Shown here: piece by piece, positions 45,255-59,830 of the stretch
Layout of the letters: the number at the start of each line of letters is the position of its first letter
Position numbering within the stretch: the first letter of the stretch is position 1
Assembly (NCBI GenBank): GCA_036785375.1
Contig: JAWMAR010000024.1
Location: 5,394,001 to 5,458,000 of the forward strand
DNA from: Leucoraja ocellata
Lineage: Eukaryota
Length of the DNA stretch: 64,000 bases
Direction: 5' to 3'
Translations under genes and position numbers: made by a program
Notes under the pieces: model-generated
Database searches by the model: none
What the model saw: the letters and a program-made list of their open reading frames with translations, nothing else
What the model was told of the DNA's origin: nothing

Positions 45255-47545
45255 GTCAATAGGCCCTTCAATCCATCATATCCAGGCTGACCATCAAGTA
45301 TGTGTCTGCATGACTACTGTTTTCCAGCACTTAGTCCCAATCTTCTATGCCTTGGTAATCATTGTCTGGATAATTCTGAAATGTGTGAGTACCTGCCTGC
45401 ACCATTCGCTCAGACTGTGCATTCCAGGTGCCAACCACCCTCAATTTCCCCCTCAGATCCTTTCTAAATCTCTCACATTCAATCTATGTTTTGCAGTTTT
45501 AGGTTCCTCTGGTTTGGGAAAATCCTACCATGTACTTTAATTTCTCACATACCTTCATCAGGTCTTCCCTCAGTCTCCCTCACTCCAAACTCAGCCTTTC
45601 CGTATAACTGAAACATGCACCAAAATTCATCTTGGTGAATTTCCTCTGCACCATCGCCAGTGCGATCTTGCCATAGTGTGGTGACCAGCACTGCACGCAG
45701 TTCACAGTTGTGGTCTAACATTTATTTTATAATGTTTACACCCCATCGGTATGAACATTGACTTCTCTAATTTCATGTAGTCCTTACTTTCTCCTCCTCT
45801 TCTCAGCTCTCCCTCAGCCCACTGGCTCCTCCTCTTCATTTCTTCTCCCCCCCCCCCCCCACCCTCACATCAGTCTGATGAAGAGGTTCAGCATTGCCTA
45901 TTTCCTTTGTTCCATAGATGCTGCCTCACCCACTGAGTTTCTCCAGCATTTTTGTCTACCATATCTTTTATAATGTTGTACCAAAACCTCCACATTCTAT
46001 GCGCTGGCTAAAGAAGACTACTATACTGTTTCACTAGCTTATCTATCTGTGTTGCCACCTTGAGGGATCCTTAGACCTGGACACCAAGGCCCCCCATTCC
46101 TTTCTACTGCATAGGGCCACACCATTTATTGTATCTGCCCTATTCTTAATGATCCTCCCAAAATCAATCACCTCACAGTTATTAGGATTAAATTTCATAC
46201 ATCAGTCCTCTTCCCATTTTATTAACATCAGTATTAACCTGAAACCTTTGGCTAATCTCCTCACTATCAACAGCACCACAAATTTTCCTCTGCAAACCTG
46301 TTAATCACACCTCCTATGTTGTTATCCAAATTGCTGATGTATATAACAACAGGGTTCTAGCTTTGATCACTGTAGTACACTAATGGTCACAGGTATCTGG
46401 TCATTAAAACAGCCTTCCACCATTCCCTGCCTGCGAATAGCAAATCGAATTTAGATCTTATATGGTAACTTGCCATGGATTTCATGAGCTTTCATCGTTT
46501 TCATATGAGACTTGTCAAGAATTTATTTAAATCCATAGAGACACCAACAACTGGGCTGCCTTTATCAAGGCAGCTTCGGCAGCTTCGACCGCCCCGGGCC
46601 GTGGAGTTTGAACCGGCCCGTTCGCGGATCTTGGATTCGGCCGCGGGACTTACCATCACCCGGCGGGGTGCCCAACACTGGAAGCCTGGTTGCCTCAACG
46701 CAGAGGGAGACGAGGAGGGAAGAGACAAGGACTTTAAGACTTTTGCCTTCCATCACAGTGAGGAGGTGCCTGGTAGACTCACTGTGGTGGATGTTAAACT
46801 GTGTTAAGTGTGTGTTTTGTTATTTTATTCTATGTTATGACTGCATGGTATACAATTTCGTCCAGATTCAAATGTCTGAATGACAATAAAGGATACTTTT
46901 ATACTTTTATACTTTTTTAAAATACTTTTTCCATCACCTCTTCAAAATGTTTAGTCAAACGGGATCTAATACTAACAAAGCCATGCTGTCTATCTGTGAT
47001 TAATCTCGATCTTTCCAAGTATAGATAAATTCTATCCCTTGGAGTAAGGGACAGAGGTTTAGGGGTAACATGAGGGGGAACTTCTTTACTCAGAGAGTGG
47101 TAGCTGTGTGGAATGAGCTTCCAGTGGAAGTGGTGGAGGCAGGTTCGATTTTATCATTTAAAAATAAATTGGATAGGCATATGGATGGGAAAGGAATGGA
47201 GGGTTATGGTCTGAGTGCAGGTGGATGGGACTAGGGGAGAATAAGTGTTCGGCACAGACTTGTAGGGCCGAGATGGCCTGTTTCCGTGCTGTAATTGTTT
47301 TATGGTTATATGGTAACTTCCCTACCACTAATTTACATGTCTGTGATTATTTGCATTATTCCTGCTGCCTTTTTTGAATAAAAACACCACATTTACTCAC
47401 TCCATCAGACATCTGGCATGTTACCTGGAGGCTACAGATTTTAAAATCTGTCAGGGATCCAGCAATCTCCTTGCCTCCAGTCATAGCCTGGGATACATCA
47501 GGCTCTGGGGATTTATTCCCCTTTAGTTCCATTTGACCTTGCCTG
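45255..47545. mobile_element. Old minus-strand CR1 LINE body interrupted by younger insertions (Penelope 3' end 45745-45960, GC-rich element 46560-46915, plus-strand CR1 tail 47040-47315)
   Basis: Degenerate CR1 RT/3' sequence resumes on both sides of each insert; 45742-45780 encodes PIGMNIDFSNFM*. Confidence 0.65.
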
Positions 47546-48889
47546 TGACTGCTTGAACCTGCAGAGAGTAGTGAACACTATTAACCCAGTCCATCACAGG
47601 CTTGTTATGTCCTTTCATCAAACCCGTCTTCACGGTACGTTAGCTGAGGAAGGCTGGGAGTATCATCAACGATGCCTGCCACCCTGGCCATTTCCTTTTT
47701 CTCTCTTCTACCTTCTGGGAGAAGATACAGTAGCTGGAAACTTCGGATGTCCAGGCTTAAGAACAACCAGGACACAAAGTGCCGGAGTAATACAGAGCGT
47801 CTGGCAGCATCTCTGGACAACATGGATAGCTAATGTTTCAGAGCAGGACCCTTCTTTAGACTGATATACAACTTCTTCCCCACAGCTGTCAGACTAATGA
47901 AGAAGGGTTCCAACACAAAATGATTCCCTCCACAAATGCTTCCTGACCCCCTGAGTTCCTCCAGTTCCATCTTATGCTGCGTGACTCATCGGAAAACCCT
48001 GATCTGGTGGTCATGGTTTTCAAGCTCTTGTACCTTCTTCCCAATGGTAGTAATGAAATGAGAGTGTGGGACTTTGATAATATAGGCTGCCATTTTGAGA
48101 CGGTGCTTCCTTCAGATGCCTTTGATGGTGGGGAGGTCGGTACCTGTGATGGACCGAGCAAATGGATAATGCGATGAAAATTGTGTTGACCCCACTCTTA
48201 CATGGATAAAGAAATAATAATGTAATAATTTGGGAGAATAACACTGTACTTCAGCGGTGAATGGTGGAAAGAAAGACCCATCCAAAGGGTTCCAGGAGAA
48301 GAACTTTGGGTGTAGATGGCTGTAGTGTTCAATGATAGGCACAAAGTGCTGGACTAACTCAACCAGTCAAGCAGCATCCCTGGAGAAAAGGAATAGGTGA
48401 TGTTTCAAGTTGGAACCCCCGTTCAGACCTTTTTTCAGACTTCTTCCGGCTAGTGGTCAATGTCTGGAGTCAAGTCCCACTCGACATGGCCAAAGTGCAA
48501 CACAAATTAATTTATTCAACTCCCAGGTACCATCTTCAAAAGCCGTAAAGGCACATGGTACATCGCTAGTCTCACATACGATACAATACGATACAACTTT
48601 AGGGGATCAGAGGGTATGGTGAGAAGGCAGGTACGGGATACTGAGTTGGATGATCAGCCATGGTCATATTGAATGGCGGTGCAGGCTCGAAGGGCCGAAT
48701 GGCCTACTCCTGCACCTAATTTCTATGTTTCTATGTTTATTTATCCCGGAGGTAAATTGGTCTGCCGCCAGTCAAGATATACAGTTACACAGCATTGAAA
48801 GTGTCATGTACATTATAATAACAATGACATATAAGTGACCAGTTATTGCACAGCACATATGTAATATTGCATATACATGAAATTAAGTT

Positions 48890-49260
48890 ATCGAGTGGAA
48901 AACTCCACGATGTGGGATGTGCAAAGATGGGGGGGGGGTTACTCCATGACAGAAGTGGTAGGAGTTGCACAGTTTGATAGCGACAGGGAAAAAGTATTTC
49001 CTGTGGTGTTCTGTGCTGCACATAGGTGGGACCAGTCTGTGCTGAAGGTGCTGCTCAGGTTGACCAGTGTGTGTTGGAGGGGTTGAGGAGGTGTCCAATT
49101 TGAGGAGCAGCCTCCTTTCCAAGACCATGTCCAATTAATCCAAATCCACTCCCAGGACGGAATCTGCCTCCCTGATGAGTTTGTGGATCCTGTTGGCATC
49201 TGCGGCCTTCGTCCTGCTACCCCAGCACACAACACTGTAGAAGACGGCATTGGCCACCCA
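48890..49260 (-). mobile_element. Rex1/Babar-type LINE 3' fragment
   Basis: VANAVFYSVVCWGS...DANRIHKLIREADSVLG and TEHHRKYFFPVAIKL motifs in the ORF track. Confidence 0.75.
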
Positions 49261-51544
49261 GTCCACACCCCCCCCCCCCCCCATTGCTCTCATAAAGGAA
49301 TTCCAACAATTAGGATTCACATCCAATGTTTCTACGTTCAGCTCACCTTCACCTCCCTGCTGTCACCAGCCTCACATTCCTATTCCACAGCATTCAGTTT
49401 TCACCCATGATGGCCACATCGTTCACACATCGCATGGGTTCACTAACGCTCTTTCCCTTGTCTGCAACAGCAAGAAAGCTAAAGAGGGCAGAGTATGTCT
49501 TTGGTTTCCTATCCCCATTGATGAGATAGCACTCATCACCGCTGGCCTGAGATCATTGCTCAGCTCATAGACCCGGCTGAGGTACAAGGGGTTTCAGAAT
49601 CAGTTGATGGTCAGTATCTGTTGATGGCTTTTGGATTCATCAACAATTTAAGATTCAACTGCTCCCATTTACACCCGTACGATCATCTTTTACTGTTATG
49701 CATCCTAATATATGCCTTTAATGTCTTTTGCCTTTTGATCTCACCTGCTTTTCACCATTTCACTCTGGTGGGCTTCCTTCCTGTTGTGGAATATGTGTTC
49801 AGCTGTGTGAGATTAAGAGAAGGCATTAGCTAGAGTGTTGAGCTCCAAAATGGCAATGCTGGTGTCAAATCAGCATCCATGCTGCTTGACAACAAGATCT
49901 CCCTATGGTGCATACGTCTGGTGTGTGCGAAGTATCAAAGTAATACCTGCAGCACGCAAACAGTGCAGGATTCAGAAGGAACTTTACCTCCTGCGTTATT
50001 CGATATACACATGTACGTCAGTAAAATATGATGATAATATTCTTCCATGTTGAGAAATATCCCACTTGACCTGTGCAGACTAGTCAAGCAGAGAATTTTA
50101 CTGTTCATCGGTAATATGAGTAAGGAAAGATTCTGACAATATTTTCGTAGAATTGAGGCAAGAAATGCCTCATTTTCCAGCTGGAACATGCTGTAAGATG
50201 ACCAACCTAATGACAGGCAAACAAGCTTGCTGGATCTGAACCACAAGCCCAAAACTGCAGAAATCATGCTGCTGAATTTCATATTTAGTCCTCATTCTCA
50301 GTAAGATTATGAGATACATCAAAGGTTAAGCCAAAAAAAAAAAAAGAATCTGAACTATGGGAAGGTGAGAGTGGTTTCAGGTGCTAGTAGATAAGTTGTT
50401 TTCTAATCTTGATGCAGTGAACAAATAGAATAATTGTAAAATTGAATGGAAAGTTTTTAAATGATCAAACCCCTTCCTCTCGTAACATTGCCTGTTTTGA
50501 TGCTAAGTGCTCTGTGAGGAGATTTGAGTCTATTGTTGTTACATATTAAAAAAATGTTATCTGGTGAACTGGTTGCTAGGGAGCAGTGTAAAATCTATTA
50601 AATACACAGTGGAAGCAGCAATAAATTTGACTATTTTCCCCAAGACAGGTGGTTAGGTTTGCTCTAGATGATCTTTTGTTTCACTAAATTTTCTTTACAA
50701 AAGGTCATATGACAAACTGCATTTGTGTTTCTTTCAATAAAAAAGCGACACTTCAAGTGTTGGCTGTGTTTTTTTATTCGGCTCATTTCCCTGAAATAGC
50801 ATCTGTTATATAATTGTAACATTGTCATAATCACTTTAAAAGGATAGCAAATAATATGGCACTTACAACCTTTTATTCTAACCTTATTATCCATATTGCA
50901 AGCAACTGACTTGAGGAAAGCCAAACATGGCAGGAATATTAATGTGTCTGTCAGAACATCACTAAATGTCTTAAAATGACTTGCTTATCTCCTGGCAGAG
51001 AAAAGGGCTTGCATTTATATAGTACCATTTATATTCTTGTCAGGATGCCCCACAGTATTTTACATCTAATAAGGTGCAGATGATAAAAGCACATCATCCC
51101 ATTTGACCGTAATCTTCCAGAAAACAATTGCTTGATATTCAACAATGTCTTTAATGTAGCAAAACCCTCCAAATTTCTTCACAAAGGCTTAATTATTGAC
51201 AACAAGCACAAGGAAGAAGTAAGGAAAGAACTAAGAACTAAGCTTGGTCAGAGATCATTTTTGGGAGAAACTTGAAGGCAGGCTGGCAGTGATATTTTGT
51301 GCTGGAAGTTTAAGCCTGAACAGTTGAAAATCAAGGCAAGGGGAAATGAGAGACACAAGGTTACCAATCACAATTTCATTTGATTGCTCCTTAAATGAAT
51401 TAATTGCTCCTTGCCTGTAGTCGATCCTCATCTATTCAAAGAAATATTCATTGTGGTTTGTCCTTGTTTTGCCCTCTGTACAGATAAGGTACCAAATCAT
51501 CAGTACCAATTTGCCATTTGAATGCTATCAATGGTAATGGACAA

Positions 51545-52240
51545 GGTTCTCATATAGGACTATAGAGCCAACAATACTGGAACAGACCCTTCAGCCCACC
51601 TTGTCCATGCCAATCAATTTGGCACATTGGGATAGTTCAATTTTCCTGCATTTGTCCCATCTCCCTCTTAACCCTTCCTACCCAGTCAAAATGTATTTTA
51701 AAATTTAGATTTGTATCCACTTCTATATATATAACATTATGAGAGGCATAGACCCGCTAGATAGTCAGAACATTTTTCCCAGGGTGGAAATGTCAAAAAT
51801 GGAATGCATAGGTTTAAGGTGAGAGTGGCAAAGTTTAAAGGAAATGTGCTGGGCAAGTTTATACAGTGTGGTGCGTGCTTGGAATGCACTGTCAGGGATG
51901 GTGGTGGAGGCATATATGATAGTGGTACTTAAAAGGCTTCTGAATAGCCAGCAAATGGTCTTCTGCCAGCATATGGATCAGTAGTGCTGGCAGAAGACAT
52001 TATGTTAATTTGGCATCGTTTGGCATGGACATTGTAACACAAAGGGAGAGTTCTTGGACTGTGCTATTCTGTTTCTGATGTGAAATTTATATATACATGT
52101 GTGCGGGTATGGAGCAATTGCATTATTCTAGATGAAGCCCATCTTATACTGATGATCAACCATGATCATATTGAATGGCGGTGCAGGCTCGAAGGGCCGA
52201 ATGGCCTATTCCTGCACCTATTTTCTATGTTTCTATGACT
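51545..52240. mobile_element. Adjacent CR1 3' fragments in opposite orientations
   Basis: Minus tail 51555-51720 and plus fragment 51735-52075, plus a younger tail at 52150-52237. Confidence 0.65.
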
Positions 52241-55200
52241 CAATTCATTGCAGACTGTGATCACCATACTTGGCTTAACAGCTACCATCTTGAGCATCCT
52301 CTCAGCTGGAGGCAAATTAAGGGTGAGCTCTAAAGATAATGCAGAAAATAGATATACAATATACTTAAAGTCACACAGTGTTTACAGAGGATGTTAAGAA
52401 TAGCTCGGTAATCTTTGTTTGATTAAACAATAGTTCTTTTCATTATCTGCAAAATAAAAAAGGCACATTCGCATTATCCTGGAAAGATATTTCCTTAAAT
52501 ACAACAGAAAAGGATCTGAATTTTATTTTAATGTAGAGGCCTATAAATCTCTCAAACAAAACTTGTGTATTAACCTAGAGCAATCCCTCAGACTGAATTT
52601 ATATGTGTATTGAGTTACGTACTTCACTCATGTTCTTAGAACATCTATAGATTATTTGTGTACTGTATTTTCTTCAGAATTTTTTTCATTTAGTTAAATG
52701 CTTAAATGGGGAAAGAGTGGGATGATCAGATAGCCTTTAAAGAATCAGCAGATGCCAACTGAAATGCAATAAAGAAATTGCATTAATCTGACTCTAATCA
52801 TTTACTGCTGAATTTAAATAAAATGAAATTCTAAAACAGCACTTAGATATAACACCTGCACTAGCTTATCAAGAGCATCAACTCTTGTTAAATAAAATAA
52901 ATGTGAGGCTGCACTAGGAGGCATACATAAATAGCTAAGGATAGGTAATGATGGACAGTTTTGACATGGGTTTCTAGCGTAAATGACAGTTATAGCTAGC
53001 ACACTAATCTGAAGACGATTCTGGCTGACAGTGATGCCTGTTCAGTCTTCGAGGAGGCTAATAAAGGACATGGTGAGATAGAAAAAAGGATGTTGGGATA
53101 ATAGCTAGCATTGTATTGTTAGAAAATAGTGCCATCCAGAAAATAACTAAGATTAAATAAAGAATTTGGATTTATAAATTTGCAACAAAAAAAAGTGCAT
53201 TGTTCAGATCTTTTAACACACAAGCAGATCCCTGGGGCACAAAAAAGGGTAGAAATTAGCTCCACTAGTCCAGAGCGTCGTAGCGTCTTGAACCTAAAAT
53301 GTTGCTCTTCCCAAAGATGCTGCCTGACATGCTGAGTGTTGCCAGCAATTTTGGTTTTAACATTAGTACAATCACTAGTTTGGTTGATACCTTAAAGAGT
53401 GATTGAAGATTGATAAACATTCATAACCAACTTATTACCAACAGAATTTTTATTTTCCAATTTACATATACAAATGTTTTGAGACAGTTTGATACTTTAA
53501 ATGTAAATTACTGCAATGATCCAAATGCTACTTAGATTGTGGCTTATCTCCGAACTTCACTTAATTTAACTGCAAAGAGAAAACTAATCAGTGCAATAAC
53601 ATTGGTAATCATTTAATGATACCAGAACTGGAAAAGATTTGGCCATAACACTCTTTCTATGTTGTAACATCGGATTGCATTTCGGCAACATTGGTAAATT
53701 GTTTGAGTTGATATGCATATATGCAAAAGAGCTCTGATTGTTTTCTACATTGATATGCAGAGTTATGGGCATCCTTCGTAAATTCTGCATTTATTGTGTA
53801 TTACTTGATGCTTTGTGAGGTTGGTGACATTACTATATTTCTTGCAAGGGCATCACTGAGTCACTCACATTGGTGTTGGATTGAAGTCACATAAAGGTCA
53901 CAGTGGGGGAAAGGTGCCAGGTTTCTTTCACTAAAAGAATTATTAATGAATCATCTGGGTCTTTACAGCAAATGGACAGCTTGATCATCATTTTTACTAA
54001 TACTAACATTTAAATATATAAGAGCTGGGAGCAAGAGCAGTCCATTTCTACCTTGAAACTTGCTCTGTAATTCACAGGTTCTCTGCTCTAACCCCAAATC
54101 CCTCATTTTTGCTAAAATGCAGAAATCAATCGATCTTAGTTCGAGTGCAATTATTGATAACCACCACAACCCTTCTTGTAACTGGAGATGTTTCCTAATT
54201 TCAATCCTAAATAGATTACTCCTTATGAGAGTGTGACATCTAATTCTCTACTCGGCAAAAAGGGGAACACACTCCTTATATCTAGTCTGTTGAGGCCTCT
54301 AAGTTGTATATATTAAAGACATCACTAATCACTTTCCCCATATTCAAGGTGCATAAGCGTAGTCTGCTCTATCTCTCCTGCTTTGACAGATTTAGCATCC
54401 CATGAAATAGTTCCATTAAGATTTTACAAATCCCTCTGCTCCCTGTCATTGTTTTAGATTGCTCCCTTGGTGACTCCCTTGTCCTCTCCACTCCCCCTGC
54501 CTACCATTTACAATCAAATAACATTTTCCCAGCCAACGCCTTTCATCACTTCCCTTCCTGCCAAGTTGGAGCCAGTCTTTCCAACTCTTCCACTCTGCTT
54601 AAATTAATCGGTGGTCACGATGTGTCCTTCTCAACAATGCAAAATACAAATGCCGATTGGTAATTGTTTTTCTGATAAATGTTAATTCAATTTTAATTGC
54701 AACTTTAATTTGCTATCCCATTGCCACTCTAGTTCACTATTTTTCTTTAGGATCATACAGCACGGACACAGGCCCATAGGTCTGAACTTATCCAATGTGC
54801 CCATCCTAGCTGCTCCCACATGCCCATGTTTGGCCCAAATCCCTCTAAACTTTTCCTATCCTTGTCCCTGTCCAAACCTCTTTTTAATATTGTTATTGTA
54901 TTTGCATCAACCATTTCCTCTGATAGCCCATTCCACATACCCAACCTCCCTCTGTGTAAATAGTTGCCCATCATGTGCCTAATAAATCTCCCCTCCCCCT
55001 AACCCCTCCCCTCACTTTCCTTCATTGAAGGGAACTTGCCACCTCCTATGGTCCAGTCAAAATGCACCTTTGGACCCACCAATGTGGTTGACTTTTAATT
55101 ACCTTCATAGTACAAAGGAATTAAGGATGAATAATTAATGCATAAATTGCTCGTTCCATCCTCAATCCCAGAACTGAAAATGTATTAATTCTCTTTAAAA

Positions 55201-55599
55201 GTCTATTATTTAGCATTACATTGGATGAAGTTAAACAGATAGAGGAAACGAATCATACAAGATAATACCATAAAGTGTATGCATTGCTATCCCAAAGCAA
55301 ACAGATAAAGTTTATTTTGTGTATCAAATCCATTCACGTCTATTCATGTTTTAATCGGGAATCGGCGTGTTCGGTATTAGTTGTAGCATAGCACCTATAA
55401 ACTAACCAAACCTTATTCTGACCTGATTTTTTTTTGTTGACAAATTATTTATTTTTAATTGCTTGTCAATCCTCAGAAATGGAACTGCAACATTTTAGTC
55501 TTTTTACTTAAATAATTTTGCTCTTAATGCTTTAAAATATTAGTGCCATCAATTTATCTGTGGCCTTGCCTGTCTCACTGCGTGCCACCTCCAATAGTC

Positions 55600-57130
55600 C
55601 TGCAAGTCCTAATGACAACCACACAGTAGCTCCACCATTAACCATAATGAAGTGCTTAGAAAGATTGGTAATGGCCCACACCAACACCAGTCCCCTGGAC
55701 AATTTGCGTACAGTCTATGGAAGATGCCATCTCCCTTGCACTACATTCAGCTCTGGATCACCTTGACAGTAAGATTCCCTATGTCAGGATACTCTTCTTT
55801 GACTACAGCTCGGTCTTCAACACCATGATACTGTATAAACTCATCCTTAAACGTCTGGACCTTGGCTTGAGGCATTCAACAACACCTGGCTTCTGGACTT
55901 CCTGATCAACAGTTATAAATTGATCATAACATTTCCTCCACTTTAACCCTCAACACTGGTGTCTCTCTGGATTGTGTTCTCAGACCTCCGTTCTAGTCCT
56001 GAACACCCATACCTGAGTGGCTAAGTAGAGCAACAAATTGATATTTACATTAACCTATGCTACTACTGTTTTTGGCTGGATCAACAACGATGAGATGGAC
56101 TACATGAAAGTGATTGAGAACCCTGTGTCATGGTGTCGGAACAACAACCTAGCCCTTAATGTCAGCATACCAAAGAGTTAGTTGTTCTTCTAAGGACAGG
56201 TGAACACAATTCTGTCCTCTTCAATTAAGCTGCTGTAGAAATGGTCGACAACTTTAAGTTTGTTGGCACCCATGTCACCAGCAACCTAACCTGGTTCCTT
56301 CACATTGATACAGGATCAAGAATGCACATCAGCGGCCACCCGGCCTCGGAGCTGGGGCAGTGGCAGTGGCCACCCGGCCTCGGAGCTGGGGCACTGTTCC
56401 GGCGGCAGCGGCCACCCGACCCAACCGCGGGCCCAGTGTCGGGAGCTCGCAGGTCACAGGTTGTGGACCTGTTCTCCGGAGCTCCCGCAACAACAGCTGC
56501 GTCCGCTGGACTGGAGGGCCGCAGCTTCGGTAGCTTCGACCACCCCGGGCCGCGGAATTGAACCGGCCCGTTCACGGAGCTCGGATTCAGCCGCGGGACG
56601 GACATTACTTACCATCGCCCGGCGGGGTCACAACATCTGAAGCCTGGATCGCCTCGGCGCAGAGGGAGAATAAGAAGGGATGAGACAAAGACTTAAGACT
56701 TTTGTCTTCCATCACAGTGAGGAGGTGCCTGGTGAACTCACTGTGGTGGATGTTAATTTGTGTTTATTGTGTGTTTTTGTCATTTTGTACTATATGTAGG
56801 ACTGCAAGGCAACAAAAGGCTACTTTGACTTTGACTTATCTTCTAAGACATCTGATAAGATTGAGCTTGTCCAGGAGGATTCTCTCAAAACTTCTACAGG
56901 TGCACTATGAACATATTTTGGCGGGATGGATCTCAACTTGGTTTGGCAACTACTCTGATCTTGACCCCCTTAACCAGCAGAAAATAGTGAACACATCCCA
57001 GTGTATTACAGGCTCATCACTTCTGTTAATGCAGTCCAGTTTCACAGTGTGTTGCATGAGGAAGGCCATAAGTAATGTCAAGGATGCTTGCCATTCTGGC
57101 CATTCCCTTTTCTCTCTTCTACCTTTTCTC
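55600..57130 (+). mobile_element. Rex1/Babar-type LINE RT remnant with nested GC-rich element (about 56330-56835)
   Basis: TIMKCLERLV, EDAISLALHSALDHLDSKIPYVRILFFDYSSVFNT, VDNFKFVGTHVTSNLTW and HILAGWISTWFGN motifs, in order, with frameshifts. Confidence 0.8.
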
Positions 57131-57961
57131 TGCAACTTCACTTTGGCATTTTATTATATGTTACTCAGATTGTACCACAATCATTGCTGCATTCCGCTGT
57201 TTAGCTTTGTCGTTGTATTTATTGTGTAGTTATGTTATTTATTGATTATGCTATGAACTTGGAGAACTGGAATTTTCATTGGTGTTCATACATCAACAAT
57301 GATTCTGAATTCTCTGAAATCTCAGCTCTTTTCGAAACCTGTGTTCATACATCAACAATATTTATGGAGGCGAGTCTACTACCTGACCTCTACACTCAAT
57401 AATTCCCTCCTTGAACATCTAGTTCTCTCCTACTTTCATATGTCTTCTTAAAACCTATGTCTTTGACCAACATTTGGCTCATTAGTCCCAGCATTTCTGT
57501 CAGTGGCTTGCTGTTATGTTTTGCCTGATAATATTCCCACAATATATCTTGAGCCCTTATGTGAAGAGCAGAATTTGCTATAGTAAGAATTCAATTAGTT
57601 TTCTCTTGACAGAAAGTTTGCATTGTGCTGGGAAGCTCCAAATGGATTGAGTTTATTGCACATTCATTTCTTTATAATTTAGTTATTAACACATATTTAT
57701 AGATAGTTCCTTAAGAACCTGAAATGAGGCAGCAGCTCGTCACATCTCTTAGAATCCGCCTTGCAAAGAATGAGCAGCAATGGGTGTATGCGCAAAGATA
57801 AAGATGTTGTTTATTCAAAATGCATAGACAAAGGTTTGCAAAATCCTGTACATATAGCAATTCAACAAATCCAACCTGGCTTCTTTTGCAATATTCTGTC
57901 CTCTGACCACAAATAAATATTTTATGGCCTGATTTTGATTCACTTGTAAACAAGAGGGAGT

Positions 57962-58082
57962 TTTATTTGATAAAATCCTTCACATGGTCAACTCATTATC
58001 ACTGCGATGTGTGCCAATTACAAGGGTTATGGAGAGAATGTGCTTACTAATGAACCAGACAATAACATTTATTGCTTTTATT
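57962..58082 (-). promoter_or_regulatory. Candidate ELP4 polyadenylation signals (AATAAA at 58077-58082, 58068-58073, 57962-57967)
   Basis: tttatt on the plus strand within 200 nt downstream of the ELP4 stop. Confidence 0.45.
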
Positions 58083-58156
58083 TACATACACTAATGATTT
58101 ATAATAACACTTTACATATGATGAGAATACAGAGTGAAATGGCTCAACAAAAGTCA

Positions 58157-58288
58157 CTAGAAGTCCAGGTGCTTATTGCCGCTGGCTACACCACCACATC
58201 CTGAGCTCAGCAGTTTGGCTGATTCTGCCACATCTTGTTTGCTTGATCGGCTCACTGTGTCTGACAAGTCTGGAGGCAAATGCAGTCT
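58157..58288 (-). CDS. ELP4: ELP4 (Elongator subunit 4) last coding exon
   Basis: ttttaacag|AGA CTG CAT... encodes [43 protein letters not shown], matching the vertebrate ELP4 C-terminus. ELP4 is the conserved tail-to-tail neighbour of PAX6. Not in the ORF track. Confidence 0.95.
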   Translation of the reverse strand, partial: RLHLPPDLSDTVSRSSKQDVAESAKLLSSGCGGVASGNKHLDF

Positions 58289-59439
58289 CTGTTAAAAGGA
58301 GGGAAAGGAAGAAAAAGATTATTTAAAATCTGTTAAGGCTACATCAGATAAATCACCACAATAATAATAAAAATCTGAATTGCAGAGAAAAATCAATGAT
58401 TATTTCATTTCTTTCCAGAAAAGTTGACGTCAAAGAACAAAAGCAATAGCACTTTCTAGTAATAATTTGCAGTTACACACTGCATTTCACTTGCTTAAGA
58501 ACCAATGTATCTTTGAAGTGCAGTCATCGTTTTAATGGGGGAAATATTCCAGTGAATCATTCTGCTTTAAGGTCCCACGACTACATGTGTGTCAGTTGAG
58601 TCACTGCTGGGAAATCACATTTCTCTTCTAGTAATGCTGCAGGATCTTTGACATTTGCTTGAGAGGGAAGAAAGGACTCTCTGCAGAGTGCTTACTGTAG
58701 TTTGCTGGTATTAGCTTAGATCATCTGTTCACACGTCTGGAAGGGGATGTGGACCTTCCAGTTTGAGAGGTGAGTTTGTTGTCGACTGTCACAGCAGAAC
58801 ATTTCTGCAATGAAATCTTGTGGCTAAGCAGATCCTAAATTAATCATTCATAAACATTTTAAACCCCATGTGAAAAAATAAAGCACAAAATCTTAATGCT
58901 GCATAAAAGAGCATGCAGTAATTCAAATCGGTTTATATTTATAACATTCATTTATTCATTTGAATCACCCTATAATTCCCATCAAGGAGGACTGACAGAT
59001 GACATACATCTTTGTCAATGATCAAATAAGTGGCAGGCAGTGAATCGCAGTGGAGTGGAAGGATCTATAGTCCAAGTCATTCACCAGGCTTCCTTTTGAA
59101 CATGGAATAACTTTGTGTCTTCATCTGTGGTATAAGGTGGACACAAACTCACCCAATGTACACACAAATGTATGCCTAACACTTAGTTGTGCTGCATCTG
59201 TTTCATCAGAACTAGGAAATGCTAGATAGAAATATTATAAAGTTTCAAAGAAGGGATGGAGGGGTCAAAGGGAATATATGTGATAGCATGAGGACCAAAA
59301 GTCACTGAAAGATGTCACGTTGGCTGATCATAACACCTTTCCCAATATGGCTACCAATACGTTTCCTTCTTTTTCTCCACCATAGTTCACAAGGTTTCCA
59401 ACTCATTTTCATTTTCAGCACTTTTCTGCCCTTATCCCT

Positions 59440-59830
59440 TCTTTCTCGACCAGGAGCAAGATAGGGTTCCGTTTGCCCTCATTACTTTCTCCAATCTTTT
59501 CCACATTCAATGTCCATAGTTTCTGCTACCTTCAGCATAATGACACTGTCACATCTTCTCCCACTACCACTCCACATTACTTTCCCCAACTCCACTTCTT
59601 TTAAGGTTCTGAAGGACCATACCAACTATGACTTCCTGTACTGCACTAGGTGCTTACAATGTTCTCTCCTCCATACTGGACAAACTAAATGCAGATTAGA
59701 TTACGGTTTTGTACAATGACTCCATGCAAGCTTCTATAGTGATCCTCAACTTAAGTTCATATCACTCTCACCTGCTTGTCTGTTCCAAATAAACTTGAGG
59801 AACACCATCTCATCTTGTTACTCAACAGGC
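59440..59830 (+). mobile_element. Degenerate Penelope GIY-YIG region in ELP4 last intron (similar remnant at about 54460-54670)
   Basis: QDRVPFALI, YCTRCLQCSLLHTGQTKCRL and KLEEHHLI resemble Penelope endonuclease motifs. Confidence 0.62.

Noticed and set aside
57282-57359. 19-bp direct repeat gtgttcatacatcaacaat
   Set aside because: Lies at the 3' tail of a decayed LINE; probably a local duplication with no sign of function.
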